Shown here: positions 48,253 through 57,438 of the stretch, one piece after another | How the letters are laid out: every line of letters starts with the position of its first letter | How positions within the stretch are numbered: position 1 is the stretch's first letter | Assembly (NCBI GenBank): GCA_963665295.1 | Contig: OY762209.1 | Span: 1,728,001-1,792,000 of the forward strand | Length of the DNA: 64,000 nucleotides | From: Syntrophorhabdaceae bacterium | GTDB lineage: Bacteria > Desulfobacterota > Syntrophorhabdia > Syntrophorhabdales > Syntrophorhabdaceae | Direction: 5' to 3' | Notes under the pieces: generated by a model | Database searches by the model: none | What the model saw: the letters and a program-made list of their open reading frames with translations, nothing else | Told to the model about the DNA's origin: nothing | Program-made: the position numbers and the translations under genes

Positions 48253-50937
48253 GTGTTGACGACTTTGGAAGACAATAATCGTCTTGATACGAAGAGGGAA
48301 CTGGTCGCCCTTATTCACGGGGAGGGCTTTGACCTCGACTGGCAGGAAACAGAGGAAGAACCGGATGGGAGTCGGTTTCATGCACAGAAGGATCTGTATG
48401 ACAGATTCCGGGAGCATCCATATAGGGCTGTTTTCCGTCTCGGCTTTACCGGTCTGCCCGTGCCCGTGTCCCCTTCGGTGGGTTTTCTCTCTACCGTGGC
48501 TTCCGCTTTTGTGAAGGCCCTCTCAAAGATACCGGATATAGAGTTTTTGAGGGAAAGGGCCGTTGTTGAGCCGCAAGAAGAGGATATCGAGCATGTCTTG
48601 CGCAGCGCGCCCTATATGAACGGACAGGAGCACCTCGACCGGGAATGGGTCGAAAGGACATGGGACAGGCTGCATGCGGTTTTCAAGGATGAAATAGGGC
48701 ATCACAAAGGGAGCGTGACGGAGTATTTTGCTTCTCTGAACCCCCTTGTGCATGCCGTGGGACGCATATTCTTCCATCTCGTGGAAAGCAGGAAGGAAGA
48801 GTATCCCTTTGCCTTTCTTGCGACCTATTCGTCCGTTGTCTCCGGCAAAGGAAAATCAAAACATCTGCCCCTCAAGAATGCGCTGGTCGAATATAAGGGC
48901 AATAACAAGAAGCTGTTGGAGTTGTTATCCACCGTCAACAAGGCTTCACAGAAAAGCGTCTTTATTGCGGAGCTTATTGAATCCGGGGAGATATTCCATC
49001 CCATAGGCCTTTCAAGTAATGAAGCGTACACCCTTCTCAGGGAAATACCGCTCTATGAAGAAGCGGGCATCCTCTGCCGCATTCCGAACTGGTGGAAAGC
49101 CAAATCAAATTCCCTGAGGCTATCCGTAAAGATCGGCACAAAACCGCCTTCACAACTGGGGTTTGACGCGCTTGTCGATTTTGACGCCCAACTGTCCATC
49201 GGCGATGACAGGGTGACGGTCGCCGAGTTGCAGAAACTCCTGGGGGAAACGGAAGGGCTTGCGTTCATAAAGGGCAAGTGGGTCGAGGTGGACCACGAAA
49301 AGCTGAAAGAAACCCTTAAGGCCTATGAACGGGCAGAGAAGCTTATGGGCAAAACGGACATGACCATGCTCGAAGCCATGCGGTTTCAACTAAACCCGTC
49401 GGAAATGCTGAAAATATCCGGGGATGCGGATGAACTTGAAGTGACAAACGGCGAATGGCTGAATACGGTCGTTTCCAGGCTGACGCACCCTGAGGGGATA
49501 GAGGCGGTTTCAAAGGGGGACGATTTTACGGCCACCCTGAGGACATACCAGGAAAAGGGATTGTCCTGGCTTCATTTTATGAAGACCCTCGGCCTGGGGG
49601 CCTGCCTTGCGGACGATATGGGACTTGGAAAAACGGTTCAGGTTGTCGCCCTCCTCAATTACATAAGGACTCAAAGACGGGAAAAGACGCTTCTCGTTAT
49701 CCCCGCGTCGCTCATAGGAAACTGGGTGAAGGAAATAGCAGGGTTCGCGCCGTCCCTCACGTATTGCGTGTTGCACCCTTCCGAACGCAATGGGGCAGGA
49801 GCGGAAGGGAAAGATCCGACCGGGCGGTACGATGTGTTCATCACGACCTACGGCATGGTTTCGCGATACGGTTGGCTCAAGGAAGTGACCTGGGATACGC
49901 TGGTGCTGGACGAAGCCCAGGCAATAAAAAACCCCGGGACAAAACAGACAAAAGCCGTAAAGCAGTTAAAGGCGGTCTATAAGATTGCAATGACCGGCAC
50001 ACCGATTGAAAACAGGCTTTCGGACCTGTGGTCACTCTTTGATTTCCTGAACAGGGGGCTTCTGGGAAGCCCGAAGGAGTTTACGAAGTTTACCGGGAGG
50101 TTAAAAGAAGACCAGGAGGGTTATTCCCGGCTGAAGAGGGTGGTAAGTCCCTTTGTATTGAGAAGGCTCAAGACGGACAAAGCCGTAATCGCAGACCTGC
50201 CCGAAAAGATAGAAATGAAGACGTTTTCAACACTGACCAAAAAACAGGCGGCCCTCTACAGCGCCCACGTAAAAGAGCTTCAGGTAAAACTGGAGTCCGC
50301 GGAAGACGATATCGGAAGGAAAGGGTTGGTCCTTTCCTCCATTATGAAGTTCAAACAGATATGCAATCATCCTGATCAATATCTCGGACAGTCTCTTTAT
50401 GCAGGCGATGAGAGCGGCAAGTATATAAGGCTTCGCGAGATCTGTGAGACTATCTACGAGAAAAGGGAGAGGGTCCTTGTCTTCACGCAGTTCAAAGAGA
50501 TTACGGAGCCCCTGAAAGAGTTCCTCGAAACCGTCTTTCACCACAAGGGACTCGTGTTGCATGGAGGGACGGCGGTGGCGAAAAGGCGTGAAATCGTCGA
50601 GAAGTTTCAAGGGCAGGAATACGTGCCGTTCCTCGTGCTTTCCATTAAGGCCGGAGGCGTCGGTCTAAATCTTACCTCCGCGAACCATGTGGTCCACTTC
50701 GACCGGTGGTGGAATCCCGCAGTGGAGAATCAGGCGACGGACAGGGCGTTCAGAATCGGTCAGCAGAAGAACGTCGTGGTTCACAAGTTCATTACAAGGG
50801 GCACAATAGAAGAGAAGATAGACCTGATGATCGAGGAAAAGACCAGACTGGCAAAAGACATAATCCCGGACATGCAGGAAAACTGGATTACCGAAATGGA
50901 CAACAGGCAACTCATGGATTTGTTCAGGCTCGAATAA
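48253..50937 (+). CDS. SNF2-family (DEAD/DEAH) helicase-like ATPase
   Basis: LADDMGLGKT, LDEAQAIKN, TGTPIEN, LRRLK, GGVGLNLT, DRAFRIGQ; GTG 48253 with GGAGGAG RBS. Confidence 0.93.
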   Translation: MLTTLEDNNRLDTKRELVALIHGEGFDLDWQETEEEPDGSRFHAQKDLYDRFREHPYRAVFRLGFTGLPVPVSPSVGFLSTVASAFVKALSKIPDIEFLRERAVVEPQEEDIEHVLRSAPYMNGQEHLDREWVERTWDRLHAVFKDEIGHHKGSVTEYFASLNPLVHAVGRIFFHLVESRKEEYPFAFLATYSSVVSGKGKSKHLPLKNALVEYKGNNKKLLELLSTVNKASQKSVFIAELIESGEIFHPIGLSSNEAYTLLREIPLYEEAGILCRIPNWWKAKSNSLRLSVKIGTKPPSQLGFDALVDFDAQLSIGDDRVTVAELQKLLGETEGLAFIKGKWVEVDHEKLKETLKAYERAEKLMGKTDMTMLEAMRFQLNPSEMLKISGDADELEVTNGEWLNTVVSRLTHPEGIEAVSKGDDFTATLRTYQEKGLSWLHFMKTLGLGACLADDMGLGKTVQVVALLNYIRTQRREKTLLVIPASLIGNWVKEIAGFAPSLTYCVLHPSERNGAGAEGKDPTGRYDVFITTYGMVSRYGWLKEVTWDTLVLDEAQAIKNPGTKQTKAVKQLKAVYKIAMTGTPIENRLSDLWSLFDFLNRGLLGSPKEFTKFTGRLKEDQEGYSRLKRVVSPFVLRRLKTDKAVIADLPEKIEMKTFSTLTKKQAALYSAHVKELQVKLESAEDDIGRKGLVLSSIMKFKQICNHPDQYLGQSLYAGDESGKYIRLREICETIYEKRERVLVFTQFKEITEPLKEFLETVFHHKGLVLHGGTAVAKRREIVEKFQGQEYVPFLVLSIKAGGVGLNLTSANHVVHFDRWWNPAVENQATDRAFRIGQQKNVVVHKFITRGTIEEKIDLMIEEKTRLAKDIIPDMQENWITEMDNRQLMDLFRLE

Positions 50938-51009
50938 AGGTGCATGCCGGAAAAACGAAGGCCGGGTGTCGGGAACAGGATGCCGAAGGCGGAATGTGAG
51001 GCAATAAGG

Positions 51010-51819
51010 ATGTCGCACCACTACGGATTTTTTGAATACGTTACGGTGGCGGAAAAGCAGGCTCGCAACCGGAAAGCGATTGAAAAACTGAGGAAAAAGA
51101 ATCCCCATATTGCGCCTGTAGTAATAAGCGGGAAACGGCTTGCCGCCACATGGTGGGGCAAAGCATGGGGCGATAATCTGGAGAGCTACTCCGATTACGC
51201 AAACCGCATGGGCAGGGGGCGCAGTTATGTCCGGCACGGCGCGATCCTGGACCTTCAGATCACCCCGGCAAAAATAACCGCTCTTGTGCAGGGGAGCGAG
51301 AATAAACCATACGAAATTAACATTGCCATCAAACCGCTCAACAAGGATGCATGGAAGAAGATTGCCGAAGCCTGCGAAGGTAAGATCGAGTCGTTGCAGG
51401 AATTGATGGAAGGCGGGTTCCCGAAGGCCCTCAATGAGTTGTTTACCGCCAAAGGGAAAGGACTTTTCCCGGCGCCCGGGGAAATCACCCTGCAGTGCAG
51501 TTGCCCCGATTACGCAACCATGTGCAAGCATGTGGCGGCAACCCTCTACGGCGTCGGCGCCAGGCTGGACGAGGACCCCGGGCTGTTCTTCGTGCTCCGT
51601 GACGTAAATATGGACGACCTCGTTTCAAAGGCGATTGCGCAAAAGTCGGAGACCCTTCTCAAGAAATCCGGCAGGAGAAGCAGCAGGATCATCGACAGTG
51701 ACGACATCCTGGGTATGTTCGGTATCGAGATGGAGGTTGAAAAACCCGAAATGAAAGAAGGGATAGCAAAGAAAAAGGTTGCGGGCAAAAGGGGGAGGAA
51801 ACCAAAAGACAATACATGA
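51010..51819 (+). CDS. SWIM zinc-finger protein, partner of the SNF2 ATPase
   Basis: WWGKAW, NRMGRGRSY, CSCPD...CKHVAA. Confidence 0.9.
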   Translation: MSHHYGFFEYVTVAEKQARNRKAIEKLRKKNPHIAPVVISGKRLAATWWGKAWGDNLESYSDYANRMGRGRSYVRHGAILDLQITPAKITALVQGSENKPYEINIAIKPLNKDAWKKIAEACEGKIESLQELMEGGFPKALNELFTAKGKGLFPAPGEITLQCSCPDYATMCKHVAATLYGVGARLDEDPGLFFVLRDVNMDDLVSKAIAQKSETLLKKSGRRSSRIIDSDDILGMFGIEMEVEKPEMKEGIAKKKVAGKRGRKPKDNT

Positions 51820-51954
51820 AGCAGTAGAACACTGCCGGTGAACGATGACGAGGATGACAGGAAATAGAGTTGCTGATTACACACGCCTGTGCGTGAGGTG
51901 TGCGCTTACAGATACAAGAAGAATTACCAAAGGTGCTTCGGAAAACCATATCCG

Positions 51955-51986
51955 GGCACTACCATAGGGGACGTAGTTGACTATCT
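51955..51986 (+). repeat. 32-bp direct repeat, copy 1
   Basis: GGCACTACCATAGGGGACGTAGTTGACTATCT; 31/32 identical to 55994-56025. Confidence 0.9.
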
Positions 51987-52042
51987 GATCCCCGAGAACC
52001 AACCGCCCTTTTTGGAGCCAATCCTCAACAACCATTGTTCTC

Positions 52043-52060
52043 CGTCCCTATTGTTCTCCA
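52043..52060 (+). repeat. 18-bp direct repeat, copy 1
   Basis: CGTCCCTATTGTTCTCCA; 17/18 identical to 53313-53330. Confidence 0.8.
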
Positions 52061-52193
52061 GTTTCTTTGCCTACTGCTTCCCAGTATTCACTTTGAATTG
52101 TCTCGCATCTATGCCATAGTGTAATGGTAACCCTGTAACCATGGAATTAAATGGTGTAAATACAATTTTGATGATGTCACCGGAAGGAACCCG

Positions 52194-52865
52194 ATGAACA
52201 AATACAGCATAATCAGGCTTTATCTCAAACGTTCAGAATCGTTCACCGCTAGAGCAATATCTCTTCTCAAACAGGTGCAGCTTGAGGAGGGCTTCGATAA
52301 AGAGGTTGACGATTTTCGGGAGGGGATGTCAGGCGCTGGAGTCCCAGACGAAGTAGTCTCGGATCAGATAATCGACTTTAGTTCTTCCCTTGCTGATGAG
52401 TATCTGGTCCTAACCAACGGCATATACTCCGCCGTTCTTACAAGTATGTACCACCTTTGGGAGCACGATGCCAAGGAGTTGTGTAAATGGATTCCGCGGC
52501 TCCGGGATATCGAAGTGTCGGACGGGGACAGGCCCATCACAGAGCAAGCAATTCAAAGCTACAGATACGAAAAAACAAAGGACTTACTTGTCTTCTTGGG
52601 AGCGCAAGAGTCCATTTTTGATCAGGTCAATCTTCTGAGGCTTGTTGCGAACACCGCCAAGCATGGCGCAGGGCCTTCGGCGACTGAACTGATGAGGGTT
52701 GGTAGGGAGTACTACTGCAAATTGGCTTATTTCAAAGGTTTGGAGATCACCGAAGCTGGGTTAACCTATGGTGACATAGGGGCTCTTGAGGTTGGCGATA
52801 TAGAGTACTTCGCCGGGATTTTAAATGCATTTTGGACCGAACTGGGCGAGCAAATAAGGCTCTGA
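52194..52865 (+). CDS. Hypothetical protein, possible HEPN-fold RNase
   Basis: Helical; YHLWE and RLVANTAKH (R...H) motifs. Confidence 0.5.
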   Translation: MNKYSIIRLYLKRSESFTARAISLLKQVQLEEGFDKEVDDFREGMSGAGVPDEVVSDQIIDFSSSLADEYLVLTNGIYSAVLTSMYHLWEHDAKELCKWIPRLRDIEVSDGDRPITEQAIQSYRYEKTKDLLVFLGAQESIFDQVNLLRLVANTAKHGAGPSATELMRVGREYYCKLAYFKGLEITEAGLTYGDIGALEVGDIEYFAGILNAFWTELGEQIRL

Positions 52866-52886
52866 AGGCACGGGACGAGAAAAACT

Positions 52887-53444
52887 ATGGCAACCATCAT
52901 CCAAGAAGACAAAGGTCGAAGAAAAAATAGTCGAGAGTTTCTCCAACTCCTGTGCGATCGAACTGCCTCTCCCGCCAGTTTCACGGCAGACTATCGTTAT
53001 TACATGAATATTGACGACGTTTCTGATCCGGACCGGCTGGCGACGATCTTGGGTATCGACGATGGTTTCCTTTCGGACCGTGAAAGGAAAGTACTTTCGT
53101 TTCTCGAGGGCAATAAAAGACGTAGACCCGATACCAGCTATTCGGAATTCAAATGGAAAGTCGTTGCCTTTCTATCCGTGCAGGACATTTTCGACGCACC
53201 TCTTGTATTAGGATCAGACCTTCGGTCCCTCTTCCGCCAGTGGTACTTCTACTACGAAGCCAAATTCCTCTTGGTTGAAACCATCCTTTGCGGCCTGAAT
53301 GGCTCATGGGGACGGCCCTATTGTTCTCCATTTGCGGGATACTCGGCCGCCGTCTATCATTATCAGGCAAAGTGGCTGAATGCTTTTTGGCCAGCGACGG
53401 TCCGCTCAGGGTCCGAATGCATAGGCTATTCCAACAAAGAATAG
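52887..53444 (+). pseudogene. Hypothetical gene, probably truncated or chimeric at the GGGGAC motif (53308)
   Basis: Protein-like up to ETILCGLNG, then reads through the repeat into atypical sequence. Confidence 0.45.
53308..53330 (+). repeat. GGGGAC plus 18-bp repeat, copy 2
   Basis: GGGGACGGCCCTATTGTTCTCCA. Confidence 0.8.
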
Positions 53445-53522
53445 GAATAGTGCCGGGAAAAGGCGGTGCAGGAAGTGACAATTGGGGGGTTAAGGACGCA
53501 TCCCGAAGAAGGCAGGCGACAT

Positions 53523-53825
53523 ATGGTCAATCATGATACGGTCTACACAGCTTTATTAGCTGTACACGGCTTGGGGTCTTTGGGTACCGGACTTTACGGA
53601 TTTTACTACCTGGAGCGATCACAAGGCAGCAACACTGCGTTCCTTCTTTTGATACTTCAGTTCTTGATGGCGCTTTTCATCCTCATTCTCCGGTTAGGGA
53701 AGTCTAAATATGCGCGGATAGCAACACGAGTCGTGAACATACTTTTTTTGCCGTTCGTATTCCCTGGAACTGCTTTAGGTATTTACGGCCTTTTGAAAGT
53801 TGATCGAAAACGAAGCAGCAAGTAA
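53523..53825 (+). CDS. Small membrane protein
   Basis: Three TM segments; PGTALGIYGL. Confidence 0.65.
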   Translation: MVNHDTVYTALLAVHGLGSLGTGLYGFYYLERSQGSNTAFLLLILQFLMALFILILRLGKSKYARIATRVVNILFLPFVFPGTALGIYGLLKVDRKRSSK

Positions 53826-53945
53826 AGACCATTAGGGGCTTATTACGAGTGGAAGACGAAGAGATGATATGCCTGGACCGGGTTTAGCGGACAGATATGA
53901 GAAGATTGAGTATCCATTTCCGAGACTGGTGAGGGAGGAACAGAC

Positions 53946-54527
53946 ATGTATTTGAAGAGATTTGCGAAGATATTGTTTGCGGTAGTGATGGTGATATTTG
54001 CGGTGAGCGGTCCATGCGGAGCGGAAGCTATAGTAGAGAAAGTCCCTGTCCCGGGTCATGGCTACCTGTTGCTGGAGGTGCCATCCGGCTGGGTCATGAC
54101 GGTAAATCAACCGCAAAACGAAGTGCCGCCCACGATTGTCTTTCAGCCGGGTGACGGCAAGCGGTTCAAACTTTCAGTAACTGCACTGTGGAACCCCAAG
54201 AACGAAAAGGGATTTGCCGAGGACGACCTCAGACGTCTCATCGAGACCGACAAAAACAGGATGTCCGCCGGCGCCAAGGAAACGCAGATAGAAATAAAAA
54301 GGATGGATGGCAAGGGAGCAAAAGGTTTTTACTATTCCGCGACGGACAAAGCTCCGAAACCGGGTGATTATGAGCACCTGACGCGAGCCGCGGTTAGCGT
54401 TGGTAACCTTCTCTTGAGTGCCACATTGTTGAGTCACCCCGAGAACACAAAAGATGCGGATTTGACAATTGAGATGCTTCGTAGTGCGAGTCAGGCCGAT
54501 CCGATCGCAACTGGTAGGGGACATTAG
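53946..54527 (+). CDS. Secreted hypothetical protein
   Basis: GGAGG RBS; signal peptide ending AEA. Confidence 0.7.
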   Translation: MYLKRFAKILFAVVMVIFAVSGPCGAEAIVEKVPVPGHGYLLLEVPSGWVMTVNQPQNEVPPTIVFQPGDGKRFKLSVTALWNPKNEKGFAEDDLRRLIETDKNRMSAGAKETQIEIKRMDGKGAKGFYYSATDKAPKPGDYEHLTRAAVSVGNLLLSATLLSHPENTKDADLTIEMLRSASQADPIATGRGH

Positions 54528-54705
54528 GGGAGGCGGTGCGGACCAGTTAGGTGGCAATTTGGAGCAACGGGCTGAGATCTTTAAGGCGATCGGCATATTT
54601 GGGTTCGAGCGTATAATGGACTGCTTTATGCCACGCGGTCCTCGGGTTCCATCGTTTCCCTGGCAGGTCCCCAACCAACGTTTACACAAGACTTAGGGGT
54701 GGTTC

Positions 54706-55404
54706 ATGAAAAGCGCATTGATTGCGGGATCGATTCAAGTCGCCTTGTTGCTGTTGCTATTGGTTAGAGACAGAAACGATGGCGGTAGAGAGCTTTTTCG
54801 GAAACAGCATTGGGGCAACTCCGATGTGGTAACCGTGGTCTTAAGTTTGATACTGCTTCGTTTTGCATGGGAATTGGCAGGCCAAGCGCATATCTTCGGA
54901 TCACACCCGGAAGAACGGATTGGGCGTTATACCCCGCATCTCCTTATGTTAGTCGTTGTATTGATTATATTCCGCCTGAAAATCAAGCAACCGATTAAGG
55001 ACCTCGGCTTCCCTTATGGCAAATTCCTTAAGATTTTCTTTCTTTGTGCTCTTCCGGTCTTTTTCCTTGTCCGCTTGTTTGTATGCGTCAAGTTCCATGG
55101 CTATTTCTTCATTTGGATGGAATATATCCTCAACTCCCTGGTGGTCGCTCCGGTCGCTGAAGAAATTGCTTTTCGAGGCATTCTATACACTCCCTTTCGA
55201 AGGAAATATGGACCTGCCGGCGCTATTCTCATCACTGCGCTCTTTTTCATGGTATGCCACGAGGAAACTACTTTACGCGGCAATTTCGGCCTATTTCTTT
55301 ACGGGGTGTTATTTGCGTGGTCCTACGAAAGAAAACAGTCAATGCTCTACCCTATCATTCTGCATAGCCTCGTGGGCATTCCCTATTTGTTCCGTGGCAG
55401 GTAA
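54706..55404 (+). CDS. CPBP (CAAX protease / Abi family) intramembrane metalloprotease
   Basis: EEIAFRG, FxxxH and ILHS motifs. Confidence 0.85.
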   Translation: MKSALIAGSIQVALLLLLLVRDRNDGGRELFRKQHWGNSDVVTVVLSLILLRFAWELAGQAHIFGSHPEERIGRYTPHLLMLVVVLIIFRLKIKQPIKDLGFPYGKFLKIFFLCALPVFFLVRLFVCVKFHGYFFIWMEYILNSLVVAPVAEEIAFRGILYTPFRRKYGPAGAILITALFFMVCHEETTLRGNFGLFLYGVLFAWSYERKQSMLYPIILHSLVGIPYLFRGR

Positions 55405-55475
55405 CAGTTTATGGGGGTAATAGGGGAGGCGGATGTTTGTCGCCAGGAAAATATGCGGTGACACCGAGGGTTATC

Positions 55476-55943
55476 ATGTCAAAGGTTGCGATGAAATCAG
55501 GAAATTTAGCTTTATTTGCTATTTTCGTCCTTGTTGTGCCAAATATCGTCAGTACTGTAGCTTTGATCAGGAGTATAACACTACATTTGCCCGTGGATTC
55601 GGGATTAGTAGCCTTTGCGGGTCATTGTTTTGTTATCGTCGTCGGCCTGCTGATGATCGACGAGAGACATTGGAGGTATGCCTTCTACTGTTTAATTGTG
55701 AGCATTGTGATTAAGTACGTTTCTAAGATCCTTTATCAGATGGCGAGTGAAGGGGCCATATACCTGGCCTTGGTATCGGCCCTTCCTTTGCTTCCAGCGC
55801 TCTTCTTCTTCTGGAAATTCAGGACGACTCAAAACGTTGAAATAAGGGGGTTACACGGACATGGCCTTCCCGGCAGGATTATAAAAATACTGATCGGTTT
55901 GGGCATTGTGTTTTTGATTTTTTATGGACTCCGTGCGAGATAG
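55476..55943 (+). CDS. Membrane hypothetical protein
   Basis: About five TM segments. Confidence 0.6.
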   Translation: MSKVAMKSGNLALFAIFVLVVPNIVSTVALIRSITLHLPVDSGLVAFAGHCFVIVVGLLMIDERHWRYAFYCLIVSIVIKYVSKILYQMASEGAIYLALVSALPLLPALFFFWKFRTTQNVEIRGLHGHGLPGRIIKILIGLGIVFLIFYGLRAR

Positions 55944-55993
55944 TTGGAGTTGCCGTCGTTAAACCAGACTTTTTCCAACTTACCATCCCCCCT

Positions 55994-56025
55994 GGCACTA
56001 CCATAGCGGACGTAGTTGACTATCT
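55994..56025 (+). repeat. 32-bp direct repeat, copy 2
   Basis: GGCACTACCATAGCGGACGTAGTTGACTATCT. Confidence 0.9.
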
Positions 56026-56098
56026 TGATAAGACGCAGTAGATATGTTTTCTTGTCCATGTACCCTAAAACTGTCCTTCTAGGGTGAGGAGCGTAGCA

Positions 56099-56638
56099 AT
56101 GTCCGTGAATGTTTTACGAATGGTTTTGTGTTTAATTGTAGCCTTATCGGCAGGTTGCGTGACAAAAGCACCAGAGTGGCCTCCGTATGTAGTCGATAAC
56201 ATGTGGATCCCCAAGAATGCCTTAGTCGGTACTCGCGACAGTCGCAGTTCCTATAAAGTATTCTATACAGTAAACATGTGCTACCCGGCAAAGGATCTAA
56301 TAAGTGAAATGGCGAAAACCATGACGGCTAAAGGTTGGAGGAGGCTATCTTTAGATCCCGTCAACCCATCCATCGAACTGAAGCTAAATCACGCACTGGG
56401 GCCTGACGGCAACTGGAGTCACGGCGTTGATCCCAACATGGTTGCAGGGTATGATTGGAGAGAGTTTTGGGAAGATGGCGATAAGAATGTCATTCACTAT
56501 GTTTTCAAATATAAACTGGGGGAAAATGAACATATTGAGAATGCCTGCACGCTTTCAGGGTATACATCATACATGTCGGCAGAACAGGTTCATGCATTAC
56601 TAAAGGCTTTCCAAGAGATGCCCATTACGCCGCCATGA
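56099..56638 (+). CDS. Hypothetical lipoprotein
   Basis: Lipobox LSAGC; GAGGAG RBS. Confidence 0.7.
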   Translation: MSVNVLRMVLCLIVALSAGCVTKAPEWPPYVVDNMWIPKNALVGTRDSRSSYKVFYTVNMCYPAKDLISEMAKTMTAKGWRRLSLDPVNPSIELKLNHALGPDGNWSHGVDPNMVAGYDWREFWEDGDKNVIHYVFKYKLGENEHIENACTLSGYTSYMSAEQVHALLKAFQEMPITPP

Positions 56639-56982
56639 GCAGAACAAAGGCAGGATGGAACGCTTTATGGCGGACAATATCTCTGGATTGTGCAGATGGG
56701 TGGCACTATCAGCGGTGGAGCGGCAGGCGGAGCAATGGCCGGTTGAATTCGCCTCCTCTCACCTTTCATTTCAAGTTCACCTGGTCGGACTTCGGCTTTG
56801 GCGGCCGAGAAGAGTAGATGGCGGAGGGGGAGGAGGCGATTAAAGAGTTCAATTTCGACTTTCGCCGGGACGACAAGAGCTTTTTGTGGGACTCTTGCCG
56901 AAGGGCGCTACCGGGCGCCGAATGTTGCGCGGCACCCGGATAAAGAACCGACGCAGACGTTTGTTTTTGAGGAGGAACGGGA

Positions 56983-57369
56983 TTGAGACTGCTCACCATT
57001 GACGAATTTACGGTCATTTTGCCGAAATTGATAGTCGTCGCTTTTCTCCTCATCTTTGTGGTGATGGCCTATGCTGCGGCGAAGAAGACCATCAGCTTCG
57101 CCTATAGGGACCTTTCAAAAACCTTACAGTTTGTTGTTATGAGGGCAGCCATCATATCGACGCTTTTCGTCAACATTCTCTTTTGGCTGACTGACTTTCC
57201 GCTTAAGGGAAAGATCGGTTGCACCATTGGGGGGCTTCTCTTTTGCGCCTTTGTCCAAGGGGTCCTTAAATTGCGAATGAAACTGGACGAGGCCACCGAT
57301 CGGATGATCAAGGCGAAAAAGGAGAGTGAAGAGAAATCCGGTAAAAGCACGGGAGACCGAGGGGCTTAG
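56983..57369 (+). CDS. Membrane hypothetical protein
   Basis: GAGGAGG RBS, TTG start, three TM segments. Confidence 0.65.
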   Translation: MRLLTIDEFTVILPKLIVVAFLLIFVVMAYAAAKKTISFAYRDLSKTLQFVVMRAAIISTLFVNILFWLTDFPLKGKIGCTIGGLLFCAFVQGVLKLRMKLDEATDRMIKAKKESEEKSGKSTGDRGA

Positions 57370-57438
57370 CCCATCTTCCGCAGTTACCCATTGTTTTTCA
57401 TGAGCGTACAGATGGCATTCCGCGCCGCGACGAAGAGG

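Noticed and set aside
47770..57400. Classical tRNA-integrated island with attR duplication
   Set aside because: No integrase, and I saw no repeat of the tRNA 3' end downstream (checked by eye only)
51820..57400. Integron attC sites or a CRISPR array
   Set aside because: No RYYYAAC...GTTRRRY palindromes recognised between genes; repeats are few and irregularly spaced; no cas or intI genes
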